64,000 nt of DNA from an uncultured Candidatus Saccharibacteria bacterium (GTDB lineage: Bacteria; Patescibacteriota; Minisyncoccia; 2-02-FULL-40-12; GWA2-44-9). The notes below the pieces were generated by a model that did no database searches, was not told where the DNA came from, and saw only the letters and a program-made list of their open reading frames with translations. Where the stretch lies: NCBI GenBank assembly GCA_964479835.1, contig CAYZRE010000002.1:24987-88986 (forward strand). The letters run 5' to 3'. Within the stretch, counting starts at the first letter, position 1, and each line of letters opens with the position of its first letter. Positions 20,067-30,222 of this stretch are shown piece after piece. A program made the position numbers and the translations under genes.

Positions 20067-20471
20067 TCACTCAGAGCAGTTGCCCGCAAGCGTGTAGCCG
20101 GCCTGTTGTGCGGCCAGGGCCGTGGGGAACCACAGGCGATTGGCCTCTTTGATTTGCGATGCTCCTGCGCACCAGGGGTGATGATATTTCTTTGTTTTTG
20201 ATGCCTTTGATGCTACCACACGAGGGTCATCGGTGCGGGATGATTTTGGCGGCGCCGTGGTCCCCTGCCCGGAAGGTTTAGGAGTCTGCGAAACAATGGC
20301 TGTGCGTGGCTGAAAAAGCGCTGCATCTTGCGCCGGTCGTGCGCCGTGACGGGCATTTATGATACCCATATTATAGCCGGACCATGCAACAAGGGCGACG
20401 ACAAAACCGCGCCACAGGCGGTCCTGGTGGCGTTTGACGAAAGCGAGTATCTTTGCTATGCTGGATTCCAC
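20067..20471 (-). CDS. hypothetical membrane-anchored protein with C-terminal YHHPWC...AGY...C motif
   Basis: N-terminal TM helix, Pro/Ser/Thr-rich linker and a C-terminal Cys/His motif; apparent GTG start. Confidence 0.45.
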   Translation of the reverse strand: MESSIAKILAFVKRHQDRLWRGFVVALVAWSGYNMGIINARHGARPAQDAALFQPRTAIVSQTPKPSGQGTTAPPKSSRTDDPRVVASKASKTKKYHHPWCAGASQIKEANRLWFPTALAAQQAGYTLAGNCSE

Positions 20472-20531
20472 GTGTGCAGTGCCGACATCCCGGCCTCCAC
20501 GATATAACAGATTCCCCTAACCTAGCCAACC

Positions 20532-20810
20532 ATGGCACATACAAAAGCAATTGGATCTACACAGCTGGGTCGCGACAGTCGCCCCCAGTACCGTGGGCTC
20601 AAACTCCACGACGGACAAATCGCAAAAATCGGTAATATTATCGTCCGCCAGACCGGCAGTACGGTCATTGCCGGTTCGGGCGTCCGTACGGGATCCGACT
20701 ATACGCTCTACGCCGTCAAAGACGGTCTCGTCACCTATACCACTCGCAGAAAGGTCGGTTTTACCGGCGCAGGCCGCACCGTCAAGATCGTTTCTATCGT
20801 CGCGAAGTAA
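20532..20810 (+). CDS. rpmA: 50S ribosomal protein L27
   Basis: MAHTKAIGSTQLGRDS... matches the L27 N-terminus; no rplU upstream. Confidence 0.9.
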   Translation: MAHTKAIGSTQLGRDSRPQYRGLKLHDGQIAKIGNIIVRQTGSTVIAGSGVRTGSDYTLYAVKDGLVTYTTRRKVGFTGAGRTVKIVSIVAK

Positions 20811-20820
20811 CGCAAATCAA

Positions 20821-20850
20821 AAAGCCCCCGTTCGGGGGTTTTCGGTTTTC
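20821..20850. terminator. bidirectional intrinsic terminator
   Basis: CCCCCG-ttc-GGGGG stem with T-tracts on both sides, between rpmA and rplI. Confidence 0.6.
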
Positions 20851-20920
20851 GTTTTGCATAAGACAAAATGAAACTGGGCAGAATCGTAGCGATACTATCG
20901 CGATGACGATTCTGAGTTAC

Positions 20921-21370
20921 TTATACTAATGGATGTACCTCGACCGTGATGTCTGTGGAGACATCGTCAGCGAGTCGGACTTGTGCCGCGTGAGAACCGA
21001 TGCTCTTGATATGACCCTCGATGGCGATTGCGGATGCCGGGATATGCACGCCCGCCTGTTTACTCAACTGTTCGGCAATATCGGCCTCTGAAACACTGGA
21101 GAACAGTGTTCCCTTCTCATTTGCCTTACCTTGGAGTGTGACGGTCGTACCGGCGAGTGTAGCGGCGAGTTCTACCGATTGGGTGTGTGCCAACGCCTGT
21201 AGCTGAAGTTTCTTTATTTTCAGGCCGGCAACTTCTTTAATGACACCGTCCGTGACGCGTTTTCCGAGCCCCCGTGGTAACAAAAAATTGCGTCCGTAGC
21301 CGTCGCTGACCTCCTTGATGTCTCCGACCTGTCCGACGCCTTTAATATTGTCCAGTAATACGACTTTCAT
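20921..21370 (-). CDS. rplI: 50S ribosomal protein L9
   Basis: MKVVLLDNIKGVGQVGDIKEVSDGYGRNFL matches the L9 N-domain. Confidence 0.85.
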   Translation of the reverse strand: MKVVLLDNIKGVGQVGDIKEVSDGYGRNFLLPRGLGKRVTDGVIKEVAGLKIKKLQLQALAHTQSVELAATLAGTTVTLQGKANEKGTLFSSVSEADIAEQLSKQAGVHIPASAIAIEGHIKSIGSHAAQVRLADDVSTDITVEVHPLV

Positions 21371-21384
21371 AGCGGTTCGTTATC

Positions 21385-22623
21385 CTACTGCAGTTTGAGG
21401 ACAACCGCAATGGCCTTGTCCAGTTGTGGGTCTTTGCCCACCGTGCCGATTTCCCAGCCCTTTTCTACGTATTCCTTAGGGTCTATTTTTACCTCGTCGG
21501 TTGGAGTGATGCCAGTCTCGGAGATACTCACACCGTTGGGAGTGAGCCATTTGGCAATCGTGACCTTCAACGAGGCACCGTTGTAGAAACTCTCAAGTTG
21601 TTGAACGGAACCTTTACCGAACGACTGCTCGCCTACAAGCGGAATGTTACGGATATCGTGAAGCGCTCCGGCAAGAATTTCAGACGCCGATGCCGAGCCG
21701 CCGTTGATGAGTACGACCGTGGGTATCCCGGCGAGGCGGGAGTTACCGCTGGAGCGCAACTCATCGACAAGACCATTACTGTAGCGTTCTTGAACCACGA
21801 GACTGTCGGACTTCAGCATCCATCCTGCCAGATTAACCGCCGAATCGAGCAGTCCACCGGGGTTATTGCGCATGTCGATGATAAGCCGTTGCGCGCCTGC
21901 GTCTGTGAGTTCCTTTGCTGCACGCGCGAATTCCTCGTTGAGATTGCCGTTAAATGTATATATCTGAAGATACGCAACTTTGTTATCCAGCATTTTCCAA
22001 TCCACCGCTGGTATTTTGATGGTGTCGCGCACAATTGAAAATTCCATAAGATCGGTTTCTCCTGGGCGCGCCAGGGAGAGCATCACCGTCGTCCCCTTCT
22101 TGCCTCGGATGCGACTAACCGCTTCTTCAACGCTCCAGCCGTCTGATGATGCGCCATCAACCTTCACGACGACATCACCCGCTTTGATGCCGGCGCGCAT
22201 CGCAGGAGAATCTTTAATGGGTGAGATGACGGTGATGACCTCATTGCGCTTACCAATCTCCATGCCCACGCCGGAGAAAGCACCGGATACTTCCTCTTGA
22301 AATTTCTTACTGGTGACCGGTTCGAAGAAAACCGTGTACGGATCTCCGGCTGCCGCTACCATGCCTTCAATAGCGCCGTATACCAGTTTTTGAGTATCCA
22401 GTTTTTCTTTATCAACGAAACGGTCGTTGAGTTTGTCCCAGACCTGCCAGAAAAGACTGAAATCTACCGCATCGGACTTACCTTCGTCTTTGTTGATGAC
22501 CTGCTTGATGATGGTATCAACATTCTGTGCGTTCTGTTGTTTAAAGTAGCTGTATCCCCCGCCAAAACCGGCACCTAGTGCCATGATGACTGCGATGATG
22601 AGGATGAGTCGTTGTCGTTGCAT
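21385..22623 (-). CDS. ctpA: carboxy-terminal processing protease (S41, CtpA-like)
   Basis: signal/TM, PDZ domain, S41 catalytic region (GGSASASEILAGAL...). Confidence 0.85.
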   Translation of the reverse strand: MQRQRLILIIAVIMALGAGFGGGYSYFKQQNAQNVDTIIKQVINKDEGKSDAVDFSLFWQVWDKLNDRFVDKEKLDTQKLVYGAIEGMVAAAGDPYTVFFEPVTSKKFQEEVSGAFSGVGMEIGKRNEVITVISPIKDSPAMRAGIKAGDVVVKVDGASSDGWSVEEAVSRIRGKKGTTVMLSLARPGETDLMEFSIVRDTIKIPAVDWKMLDNKVAYLQIYTFNGNLNEEFARAAKELTDAGAQRLIIDMRNNPGGLLDSAVNLAGWMLKSDSLVVQERYSNGLVDELRSSGNSRLAGIPTVVLINGGSASASEILAGALHDIRNIPLVGEQSFGKGSVQQLESFYNGASLKVTIAKWLTPNGVSISETGITPTDEVKIDPKEYVEKGWEIGTVGKDPQLDKAIAVVLKLQ

Positions 22624-22638
22624 AGAAGGTGAGATTGA

Positions 22639-23484
22639 TTAAGCGTTCAACAGTCGGGGTTGTAGAGGTTGTGGATGTTCAGGCCGGCGACCGCTGACGC
22701 CGTGTTTTCGGAAATAACGAATTGCATCGAAGATATGCCAGCGTGTCTCACGACGCATAAACACGTCCAGTATACCAAAGCGGCCTTTCGATTGCCGCTG
22801 GTGGTAATGATACATCCGAACGGTCGGCATGTACGCTACCGTGTATCCATAATCCCAAAAACGCCATGCCCAGTCAACTTCGCTAAGATACAGAAAAAAT
22901 TGCTCGTCCATAAAACCAACCCGCTCGAGTGCACTCCGAGTCGTCATCAGCGCGGAACCCATCAGCCAATCCGCCGGAGTCGGTTCAGTGAGAGCTTTAT
23001 CGCGCATCAGGAAACGGTCCACAAGACCACGAGTGAACGGAATGGGAATACGGCGGGCCGGTATCATGAGCGGTGTGTAGAAACGAAAACTGGAGTCCTG
23101 TCGTGTGTCATCAAAATTCAACAGTCCGGGTCCCAGAAGACCCACCTGCGGATGGTCCTGCAGGTAGGCCATCATTGCTTCCAGCGTGTCCGGCAGTACC
23201 ACGATGTCGGGGTTCAGAATGAGCAGATAATCCCCCGTCGCGCGACGCAGTCCTTCATTGACGCCCCGGGTGTAGCCGATATTACTGTTGAACGGCACCA
23301 GGACAAGCCGGTCGAAGAGTTCGTCGCAGTCGTGGCGCACGATGTTCTGGGTTTCTATGGTACTCTCTGAATCAACGACGATGACCTCGTATACCATCGT
23401 GCGTCCCAGCGCGCGAGCCAGTGTCGTCAGCGCCAGACGCAGGAGGGGCGGATTCTTGAAATTGACAATAATAACGGAGAGCAT
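22639..23484 (-). CDS. family 2 glycosyltransferase
   Basis: N-terminal GT-A fold (SVIIVNFKN...DSES..., DxD). Confidence 0.75.
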   Translation of the reverse strand: MLSVIIVNFKNPPLLRLALTTLARALGRTMVYEVIVVDSESTIETQNIVRHDCDELFDRLVLVPFNSNIGYTRGVNEGLRRATGDYLLILNPDIVVLPDTLEAMMAYLQDHPQVGLLGPGLLNFDDTRQDSSFRFYTPLMIPARRIPIPFTRGLVDRFLMRDKALTEPTPADWLMGSALMTTRSALERVGFMDEQFFLYLSEVDWAWRFWDYGYTVAYMPTVRMYHYHQRQSKGRFGILDVFMRRETRWHIFDAIRYFRKHGVSGRRPEHPQPLQPRLLNA

Positions 23485-24584
23485 CAGGGTGTTGCGACAG
23501 GAGTTGCACTCAAGGTGGGTACCCGAGGGGATGCGGATGCCGGGTCGGGCGTCGGCAAAACTGGTGAATCAGTGAGCACCGTAGCGAAAAACTTTTTGAT
23601 ATGAACGAGCGAATTATCGCGCGGGAGTAATTCATAGATTCCGTTCACCGTGGCTTCATACAGAATATTCTCCGTGGTGAGATAGTAGCGTTTAATACGA
23701 CCGAGCTTGTCCTGCTGTGCCAATAAATCCTTAACGGTTCCCAAATCGAAAATATTCAGGTCGGTTTCCAAGTGCTTGCGGATTGCCGAAATGACTTCAA
23801 ATGCTTTTAACGGGTCACCGGTGAGATCCAATGCAGCCGCTTTGTCGCGAATAGCCATCATGACCTGCATCTGACGGCGAGAACGGTCAAAATCACTCGT
23901 GCCGTAACGGCTGCGTGCAAAGTACAACGCCTGTTCACCCGTCAGATTGTTTATGCCGGCAGGAAGACTGAATTCGTACCCCCACTGTTGTGTTTCCCGG
24001 AAGGGCTTATCCAGGGTGATTGTGATACCGCCCAGCGTATCAACAACGGTACGAAAGGCCTCAAAATCAACAACCACGATGTTGTCGATACCCACGCCGG
24101 TAATCCTACTGAAGAGCCGTTTGGTACCGCCTAACCCATAGTGCGCATACGCGGCGTTTATCTTTTCCGTCCGTTCGTCCGTAATGCGTACCGTCAAATC
24201 GCGCGGGATTGAGGTGAGTGCGGATACGCCGGTCTTCGTATCCAACGAAAACAAAAGCATTGTATCGGTGAGTAATCCGCCATTGGCAACATCGTTTTTA
24301 CCGCGGATACCCATCACCAGAATATCCAGCCGGTTTGTATCGTTTTCCGGCATTTGATATTCGAGGTCTTTGTCGATGGGAATCATCTTCGAGCCCACAT
24401 CCGCAGTGAGTGAGTTACCGGTGATAAGGTTTACGACCGATATCGTGGCATTGCGAAGCCCGCTGATAGCAAAGATGGCTGTCAGCGCAAGAGCAACTGC
24501 AAGGAAAATAAACAAAGCTCGTCGAAAGTTTTTTCTCCTTTGCCGAGGTGGTTGTGGGATGTCGTAGGGTGTCATGTGAACCAT
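23484..24584 (-). CDS. LytR-CpsA-Psr (LCP) family protein
   Basis: N-terminal TM, LCP core (ILVMGIRGKN..DTMLLFSLD..., IDNIVVVDFEAF). Confidence 0.75.
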   Translation of the reverse strand: MVHMTPYDIPQPPRQRRKNFRRALFIFLAVALALTAIFAISGLRNATISVVNLITGNSLTADVGSKMIPIDKDLEYQMPENDTNRLDILVMGIRGKNDVANGGLLTDTMLLFSLDTKTGVSALTSIPRDLTVRITDERTEKINAAYAHYGLGGTKRLFSRITGVGIDNIVVVDFEAFRTVVDTLGGITITLDKPFRETQQWGYEFSLPAGINNLTGEQALYFARSRYGTSDFDRSRRQMQVMMAIRDKAAALDLTGDPLKAFEVISAIRKHLETDLNIFDLGTVKDLLAQQDKLGRIKRYYLTTENILYEATVNGIYELLPRDNSLVHIKKFFATVLTDSPVLPTPDPASASPRVPTLSATPVATP

Positions 24585-25615
24585 TGATGCATCCTCGCTT
24601 CGGATGTGACTGCCCGATGCATGAGTGCGCTCCGGCGCCTGAACATGCGCGGGAGGAGAGAGAAGAAACGGCCTGCTTCCATCAGTATGCCCGGCTCTAC
24701 GGCAAGCGCGTACAGGAATGTAGCAAATTCACGTGCCAGTATCAGTGGCGCATCCCTCAAAAGGTTAACTATATAGTCATTTTTAATGATTGTAAACCTC
24801 ACATTTGACCAATCCAAACGGCGTTTACGGAGCGGGATTGCACCACGAATTCGCACACGCCTGAAGTGTGCCCCGAGCGAATCGGCGGTCCCCTTGGTCG
24901 TCGCGCGATCGTGCCATGCGACCGCATCGGGAATGAATACCTGTCGGTGGCCCAGGAGCGTCATACGCCACGCGAGGTCAAGGTCATCGCCATACCAAAA
25001 ATAATCAGGATCCCAGATCCAACCGCCCATTCGGCATTCTTCCAGGACCCGCCTACGGAAGAACGGTACAGCACCTTCAACACCAAAGATGTCGTGCACG
25101 GCGGAAAATTTCTGACCATCGGGTTTGCCGTGGCCAATGTTGAGAACTTTCCGGGCGCGCGTCATGCCAAAACCACAGGTATCAATCGTATCGCGATGCA
25201 ATGCGGTGGACGGCTCTCTCTCGAGATGTGCGATGTCGTATTGGTATACCTTCCCCTGCACGGCTGCGATGGTCCCGTCTTGCTGGCATGCCGCCACCGC
25301 GTTCGCTATGAACTGCGGATCGAGCATGACATCAACCGAGAGTGCGAGAACATAGGGGCCGTGGGTGTGCTCCAGCAGCATTTCCTGTCCGGGCCACATA
25401 CCGAGATTGCGGTCACCGCGAATCAGTTGAAATTCGGGGTATGAGGATGTGACGATATCGGCAGTCGTGTCATCGGAAGCATTATCCAGCACCACGACCT
25501 CGATATTCGGGTATGTCTGTGCACGAACCGCATCGAGACAGTGCCGGATGAATCGCCGGCCGTTGTGTACGACAATCTGCACGCTCACCAGCGGTGGTCC
25601 GTCATGCATGGTCAT
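24572..25615 (-). CDS. family 2 glycosyltransferase
   Basis: GT-A N-terminal domain (VSVQIVVHNG...VVVLDNAS). ATG at 25615, overlapping the upstream stop (ATGA). Confidence 0.75.
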   Translation of the reverse strand: MTMHDGPPLVSVQIVVHNGRRFIRHCLDAVRAQTYPNIEVVVLDNASDDTTADIVTSSYPEFQLIRGDRNLGMWPGQEMLLEHTHGPYVLALSVDVMLDPQFIANAVAACQQDGTIAAVQGKVYQYDIAHLEREPSTALHRDTIDTCGFGMTRARKVLNIGHGKPDGQKFSAVHDIFGVEGAVPFFRRRVLEECRMGGWIWDPDYFWYGDDLDLAWRMTLLGHRQVFIPDAVAWHDRATTKGTADSLGAHFRRVRIRGAIPLRKRRLDWSNVRFTIIKNDYIVNLLRDAPLILAREFATFLYALAVEPGILMEAGRFFSLLPRMFRRRSALMHRAVTSEARMHQWFT

Positions 25616-27170
25616 TGGCCCAGACCAGTGCGAGGGTCGTGGCGAACATAAGGTATACCCGCTCGTCGAACACAATCGGATCGGTCAGGACATATGCGTA
25701 GACCCATGGCAGATATAGTAATAACGACGCGGCATACACCAGCGATGGCTCTCGGGCGGATGCAAACCAGCGCCATGCGGCACGCCATACCCCGACGAGC
25801 AACACCAGGGAGACTACGGCGGCAAGGATACCCATTTCGGCGGCAATATGAAGATATAAATTGTGTGCGGTAGAACCGGCGCGCGCAAGCTGAATATCCT
25901 CCTCCAGCACAACCGGGAAATTACCGATGCCAACGCCAAAGAATGGACGGTGTCCGATAGAGTCGATGGACGCGCCCCAAATTTTCAGTCGAATTGCATT
26001 AGACATTTCGCTCAAATCGATTACCGAGCGCAACCGTCTGCCGAACAATCCCCCGTCCAACTTACTCACCAGAAACTGCGGTGACATGAAGATGGGCCAC
26101 GCGAGCGTGAACAATACGAAGAACACAGCCAGGTACGAGGCGCCATACGCAAACATACGCCGTCGAACGGTATCAATGTGCAGGCGGCGCATGGACCACA
26201 GGAGAACGGGAACCAACGCAAGAACTCCAACGGATGCGGCCCAAATACCACGGGTGCCCGATAAGATAGCTCCAAGAAACGCTGCGGGAACCCAGATAAT
26301 CGAAAGTGATGCGTAGGTACGCACCAGCCGTTTCAGAGGCACCGAATCCGCGATGCGCAAGATGGGGCCGGTCGCCATGGCCAAAAGTGCCGGAATACCT
26401 AGAAGAACATAGACCGGGAACGAGTGCGAGTCGGGAAAGAGCGAAAACATTCGCAATGACAACTGTTCGCCGTAGTATGCCAGCCACGTATTACCCAGGT
26501 TAACCGCGATTGAAGACCATTCAGTGCCGAATTGTCTCAATTGAATTCCTCTCCCCCACAGATCGACGAACTGGTAGATGTCCATAAGGTAGACGGATAC
26601 GAGCTGGAGAAAACCCGCGACGACCACGACCATGGTCGGGATAGCGAGATTGCGGATAACCTCTTCCGAAGCGAGCCTCCCCTGACGCAACAGCGCCCAC
26701 ACAAGCGTGGGAACCAACGACAGATTAATGAAATAGATGATGCGCTTGATACCGACGGCCGGATACTGTGCGCCGATGAGCGACAGTCCCGCGAACAACA
26801 CAAGTGCACCTAATTGCCAGGCAACGGGATGAGCCTTGCACCATGCGATGGGGCGGCGTATCCCCTCGCGAACCTCGCGTACGAGCGTTGTGCGCGTTGC
26901 CGGCTCCGCAAGGTAACGCAACATCAACACCAACGAAAGCGGGCGCCACATATTCAGATTATCGTAGGATGCGGTAAGCGGGAGTGCGATGAACAGAGGA
27001 ACCGAACGCACGAAAAAAAGAACGCCGTCATCAAGCGGTTGGCGAAGCATCCAAAGTGCGAGCAGTCCGGTCGCCACCAGCGCACCACCGCGAGGAACGA
27101 TACCTGAGACGACCGCAACGAACACAATCAGATATATCACATACACACGATTGAGCGTCAGGAATTTCAT
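25602..27170 (-). CDS. O-antigen ligase / polysaccharide polymerase-like membrane protein
   Basis: about 12 TM with a Wzy_C/RfaL-like loop (GSTAHNLYLHIAAEMG). Start at MKFLT (27170), overlapping the upstream stop (ATGA). Confidence 0.7.
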   Translation of the reverse strand: MKFLTLNRVYVIYLIVFVAVVSGIVPRGGALVATGLLALWMLRQPLDDGVLFFVRSVPLFIALPLTASYDNLNMWRPLSLVLMLRYLAEPATRTTLVREVREGIRRPIAWCKAHPVAWQLGALVLFAGLSLIGAQYPAVGIKRIIYFINLSLVPTLVWALLRQGRLASEEVIRNLAIPTMVVVVAGFLQLVSVYLMDIYQFVDLWGRGIQLRQFGTEWSSIAVNLGNTWLAYYGEQLSLRMFSLFPDSHSFPVYVLLGIPALLAMATGPILRIADSVPLKRLVRTYASLSIIWVPAAFLGAILSGTRGIWAASVGVLALVPVLLWSMRRLHIDTVRRRMFAYGASYLAVFFVLFTLAWPIFMSPQFLVSKLDGGLFGRRLRSVIDLSEMSNAIRLKIWGASIDSIGHRPFFGVGIGNFPVVLEEDIQLARAGSTAHNLYLHIAAEMGILAAVVSLVLLVGVWRAAWRWFASAREPSLVYAASLLLYLPWVYAYVLTDPIVFDERVYLMFATTLALVWANDHA

Positions 27171-29134
27171 ATGATGTCTTCTATCATACCGAGCATACGG
27201 CGGGCATGCTTCTCCCAAGTATACCTCGATACAATCGATTCCGCCGCATGCTCGATGTCCTGTCGATGCGCTTCATCGGTCAGTCCCCGTTCGATGACCG
27301 CGGCAAGCTCACGCGGTTGGGCGCTGTTCGTGTAGAACGCATGGGAACCTAACAGCTCGCGATGGACAGGGGCGTCCATGACAACAGACGGCACACGATA
27401 AGCCAGTGCCTCAACCGGAGGTAATCCGAATGCTTCCATGTCAGACACATAGACCAGCAGTCGCGCGCCTGCGTATGCAGATGCCAGTTCGTCGTCTGTT
27501 ACACGCTGAGTCCATACGATAGCCGGATGACCCAGTGCTCGATTTGTCGTCTCTACGAGATCTGAAATAACCGGCGGTTGATATTTGTCCGGTCCGATGG
27601 CGTACAGTGTCATCTCGGGATGCTGTGGTGCGATGACCGCAAATGCCAGTATCGTCTCTCGGAGATGTCTGCGCGGCAGACCCTGCGCAACATAGAGCAC
27701 ATAACTACCGGCCCGCGGTACGACCACATGGGCGGGAGTAATAGCAAGTTCGTTGACGGCAATCCGTTCCGGAGAAATGCCGAACAGCTCTGCGACACGC
27801 GTTGCTGATGTATGTGAAATAGCCATGATGCGTGTTGCGCGGCGCGATGCCCATGTTGCAAAGATACGGTAGGCAAGCCGATACTTGAACGGGAGTGCGC
27901 TCCCGCGCATTTCGTACCAAATATCTTCCGTCAGCATCACGATGCTCTTCCCTCGGAAAATGAGCGGGAGCATGAAGTTCGCGATATAGGTGACCGCCGG
28001 GCGGTCAAACCACAGCCGGAGCGGGAAGAACACATAGAAGTAGAGTGAGAAGGAGGCGGGAAGCCATCCGAACGGGCGCACAATGACCGCGCTGACATGT
28101 GTGTGATGCAACCATGGCTCATCCGGAATACGCGATTTGAAGTACGCAACAACCTCGTAGCGTTCGCGCACCTGTGGTAACTCAACAAATGCATTTAGAA
28201 ATCCCCTCACCTGTCGCGCCATACCCCATGAAACATCCTCAAGTGATTCGCACTCGACGGCTATGACGGGCAATGTCGGAATGCGGCCCCAGCGGCCGAA
28301 TATGAAATCAAAAATGCCGGTGAGCGTCGCGCGGCTCTCGGCGGTACGGTGGAGAAACAAGAGCTTTGCCGATTGCAGTGCGATACCGTAGCACACGGCA
28401 AGCGGCACCGCCGCCTTGACCCACCACGGACCGTTACGCCAATTGAACCGGAGCGCGTTGCGCGCATGATAGCGTATAAGTAGAGGGCGGCCGAGCTTTT
28501 TGGTGCTCTCCGATGTGCGGTGCGTAATCACCGGTTCCTCTAGGAATTGAATGGGAATTCCCGCATACCGTGCGCGCAGAGAAAAATCAGCATCTTCGAA
28601 GTACAGAAAGTAATGCTCGTCGAGCAGACCGATGCGCTCAAACACATCACGATGTATGAGTATGCCTGCGCCGATAGCATACGAGCTCTCGGCACCGCCT
28701 ACCCGGTGGTATGCGTGCGGCAGTGTTGGGCGAAGCCATTTTATAATGCCCGCATATGCGGTGCGGTCGCCTTCGTTGAGGGGAAGTCCGACAATGGCCG
28801 GAGTATTCGGTAGCGCAAGTAAGGCGATGAAATCGGGCTGAACAGTGGTGTCGTTGTTGATGAGGAGGAGCCACTCGCTCCCCTGCGCGAGCGCTTTGCG
28901 AATAGCAAGGTTGTTGCCGCCGGAGAATCCCCTGTTACGGTCGCTGTAAATGATATCCAAACGAAGCGGGCTGGACGCGATGTATGAACCCAGTAGCGCA
29001 CGGTCATCCGGGGCGCTGTCGTTATCGACGACAATGACATCGAAATTGCGGGCAGTCTGGCGCTCCAGAGAACGCAGCAAATCCATCGTAGCGCGGGCGT
29101 TGTTGAAATTGACCGTAATGAGCGTGAGGTTCAT
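27167..29134 (-). CDS. bifunctional glycosyltransferase (N-terminal GT2 + C-terminal GT4)
   Basis: N-terminal GT-A (LITVNFNN...VIVVDNDS); the C-terminal half is GT-B/GT4-like. Confidence 0.75.
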   Translation of the reverse strand: MNLTLITVNFNNARATMDLLRSLERQTARNFDVIVVDNDSAPDDRALLGSYIASSPLRLDIIYSDRNRGFSGGNNLAIRKALAQGSEWLLLINNDTTVQPDFIALLALPNTPAIVGLPLNEGDRTAYAGIIKWLRPTLPHAYHRVGGAESSYAIGAGILIHRDVFERIGLLDEHYFLYFEDADFSLRARYAGIPIQFLEEPVITHRTSESTKKLGRPLLIRYHARNALRFNWRNGPWWVKAAVPLAVCYGIALQSAKLLFLHRTAESRATLTGIFDFIFGRWGRIPTLPVIAVECESLEDVSWGMARQVRGFLNAFVELPQVRERYEVVAYFKSRIPDEPWLHHTHVSAVIVRPFGWLPASFSLYFYVFFPLRLWFDRPAVTYIANFMLPLIFRGKSIVMLTEDIWYEMRGSALPFKYRLAYRIFATWASRRATRIMAISHTSATRVAELFGISPERIAVNELAITPAHVVVPRAGSYVLYVAQGLPRRHLRETILAFAVIAPQHPEMTLYAIGPDKYQPPVISDLVETTNRALGHPAIVWTQRVTDDELASAYAGARLLVYVSDMEAFGLPPVEALAYRVPSVVMDAPVHRELLGSHAFYTNSAQPRELAAVIERGLTDEAHRQDIEHAAESIVSRYTWEKHARRMLGMIEDII

Positions 29135-30222
29135 GTCGCGTGTTCTACCAGCATGCGCATGCGTTGCTCAAACTGTTGCGTCCCCCACTGCGCGGCGTGA
29201 GAACGGATTTTCTGGGCGTCGTAGCGGTCCAAATTGGTACGCAATCGTTTGATACCGTCCGCAAGAGCTTCGGGTATCGGGTCATCAAAGAATTCTCCGG
29301 TGACGCCTTCGAGTACCGTCTCGGTTGCGCCCCCGTGACGCAAGGCCAACACGGGCTTGCCGTGTGTCATAGCTTCTATGGCGGTCAGGCCCCAATCTTC
29401 TTCGTTGGGAACAATGACGGCGCGACAATGCTCATAGAGGCCGTCGAGAGCATCATCCGAAACCCATCCCGTGAAGGTAACATTGGTGCCTGCCCGTTGC
29501 TGTAGGCGCTCTTTCAGCGGTCCGTCGCCAACCACTACCAGTCGGTACTGCAGTTTCGCGAATGCATCAATCGCCATGTCGAGAGATTTGTGCGGAACCA
29601 TCCGCGACACAATGAGATAATAATCGTCGATAGATTCACGGGGTGCGACGGACTCGCTGACCGGCCGTGTGGGAGGAGGTACAACGACTGCCGAGCGCCG
29701 GTAATATTTCGCGATGCGCTTTGCAACAGTGTCGGAAATGGCAATCATTTCATCGGGGCGTTGGGCGGCGGCCTGATCCCAAGCGCGCAATGCGTGCCGG
29801 TAGAATCGTGACAGTAAGCCACTGCGCTCATAGGCGCCGTTTCGGTCCCACAGCATGCGCGCCGGGCTGTAGCAGTAACAGATATGGCGTGTACCGGGAC
29901 GAACAACGATGCCCTTAGAGAATACTACAGAGGACGAAATGACGGTGTCGTATCCGGAAAGGTCAAACGATTCGACGGCCGAAGGCATGGCGAGTGCCAG
30001 ATACGGATAGATACGCCACGCAAACGGTACCCGTTGAAGTCCCGATGCAATGACCGTGGCGTTGGGTAGCCACCGGTGCACCGTGGAAGGTTTGTACAGG
30101 AGTGTGTAGATGGGCGCTTGCGGCCACAGGCTATGCAGGGCAATCAGAACGCGTTCAGCGCCACCCACACCGACAATCCAGTCGTGTACGATTGCAATTT
30201 TACCGGCGCTTGGCGATGACAT
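29131..30222 (-). CDS. family 4 (GT-B) glycosyltransferase
   Basis: KIAIVHDWIVGVGGAERV N-terminus and a C-terminal nucleotide-sugar binding region. Confidence 0.75.
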   Translation of the reverse strand: MSSPSAGKIAIVHDWIVGVGGAERVLIALHSLWPQAPIYTLLYKPSTVHRWLPNATVIASGLQRVPFAWRIYPYLALAMPSAVESFDLSGYDTVISSSVVFSKGIVVRPGTRHICYCYSPARMLWDRNGAYERSGLLSRFYRHALRAWDQAAAQRPDEMIAISDTVAKRIAKYYRRSAVVVPPPTRPVSESVAPRESIDDYYLIVSRMVPHKSLDMAIDAFAKLQYRLVVVGDGPLKERLQQRAGTNVTFTGWVSDDALDGLYEHCRAVIVPNEEDWGLTAIEAMTHGKPVLALRHGGATETVLEGVTGEFFDDPIPEALADGIKRLRTNLDRYDAQKIRSHAAQWGTQQFEQRMRMLVEHAT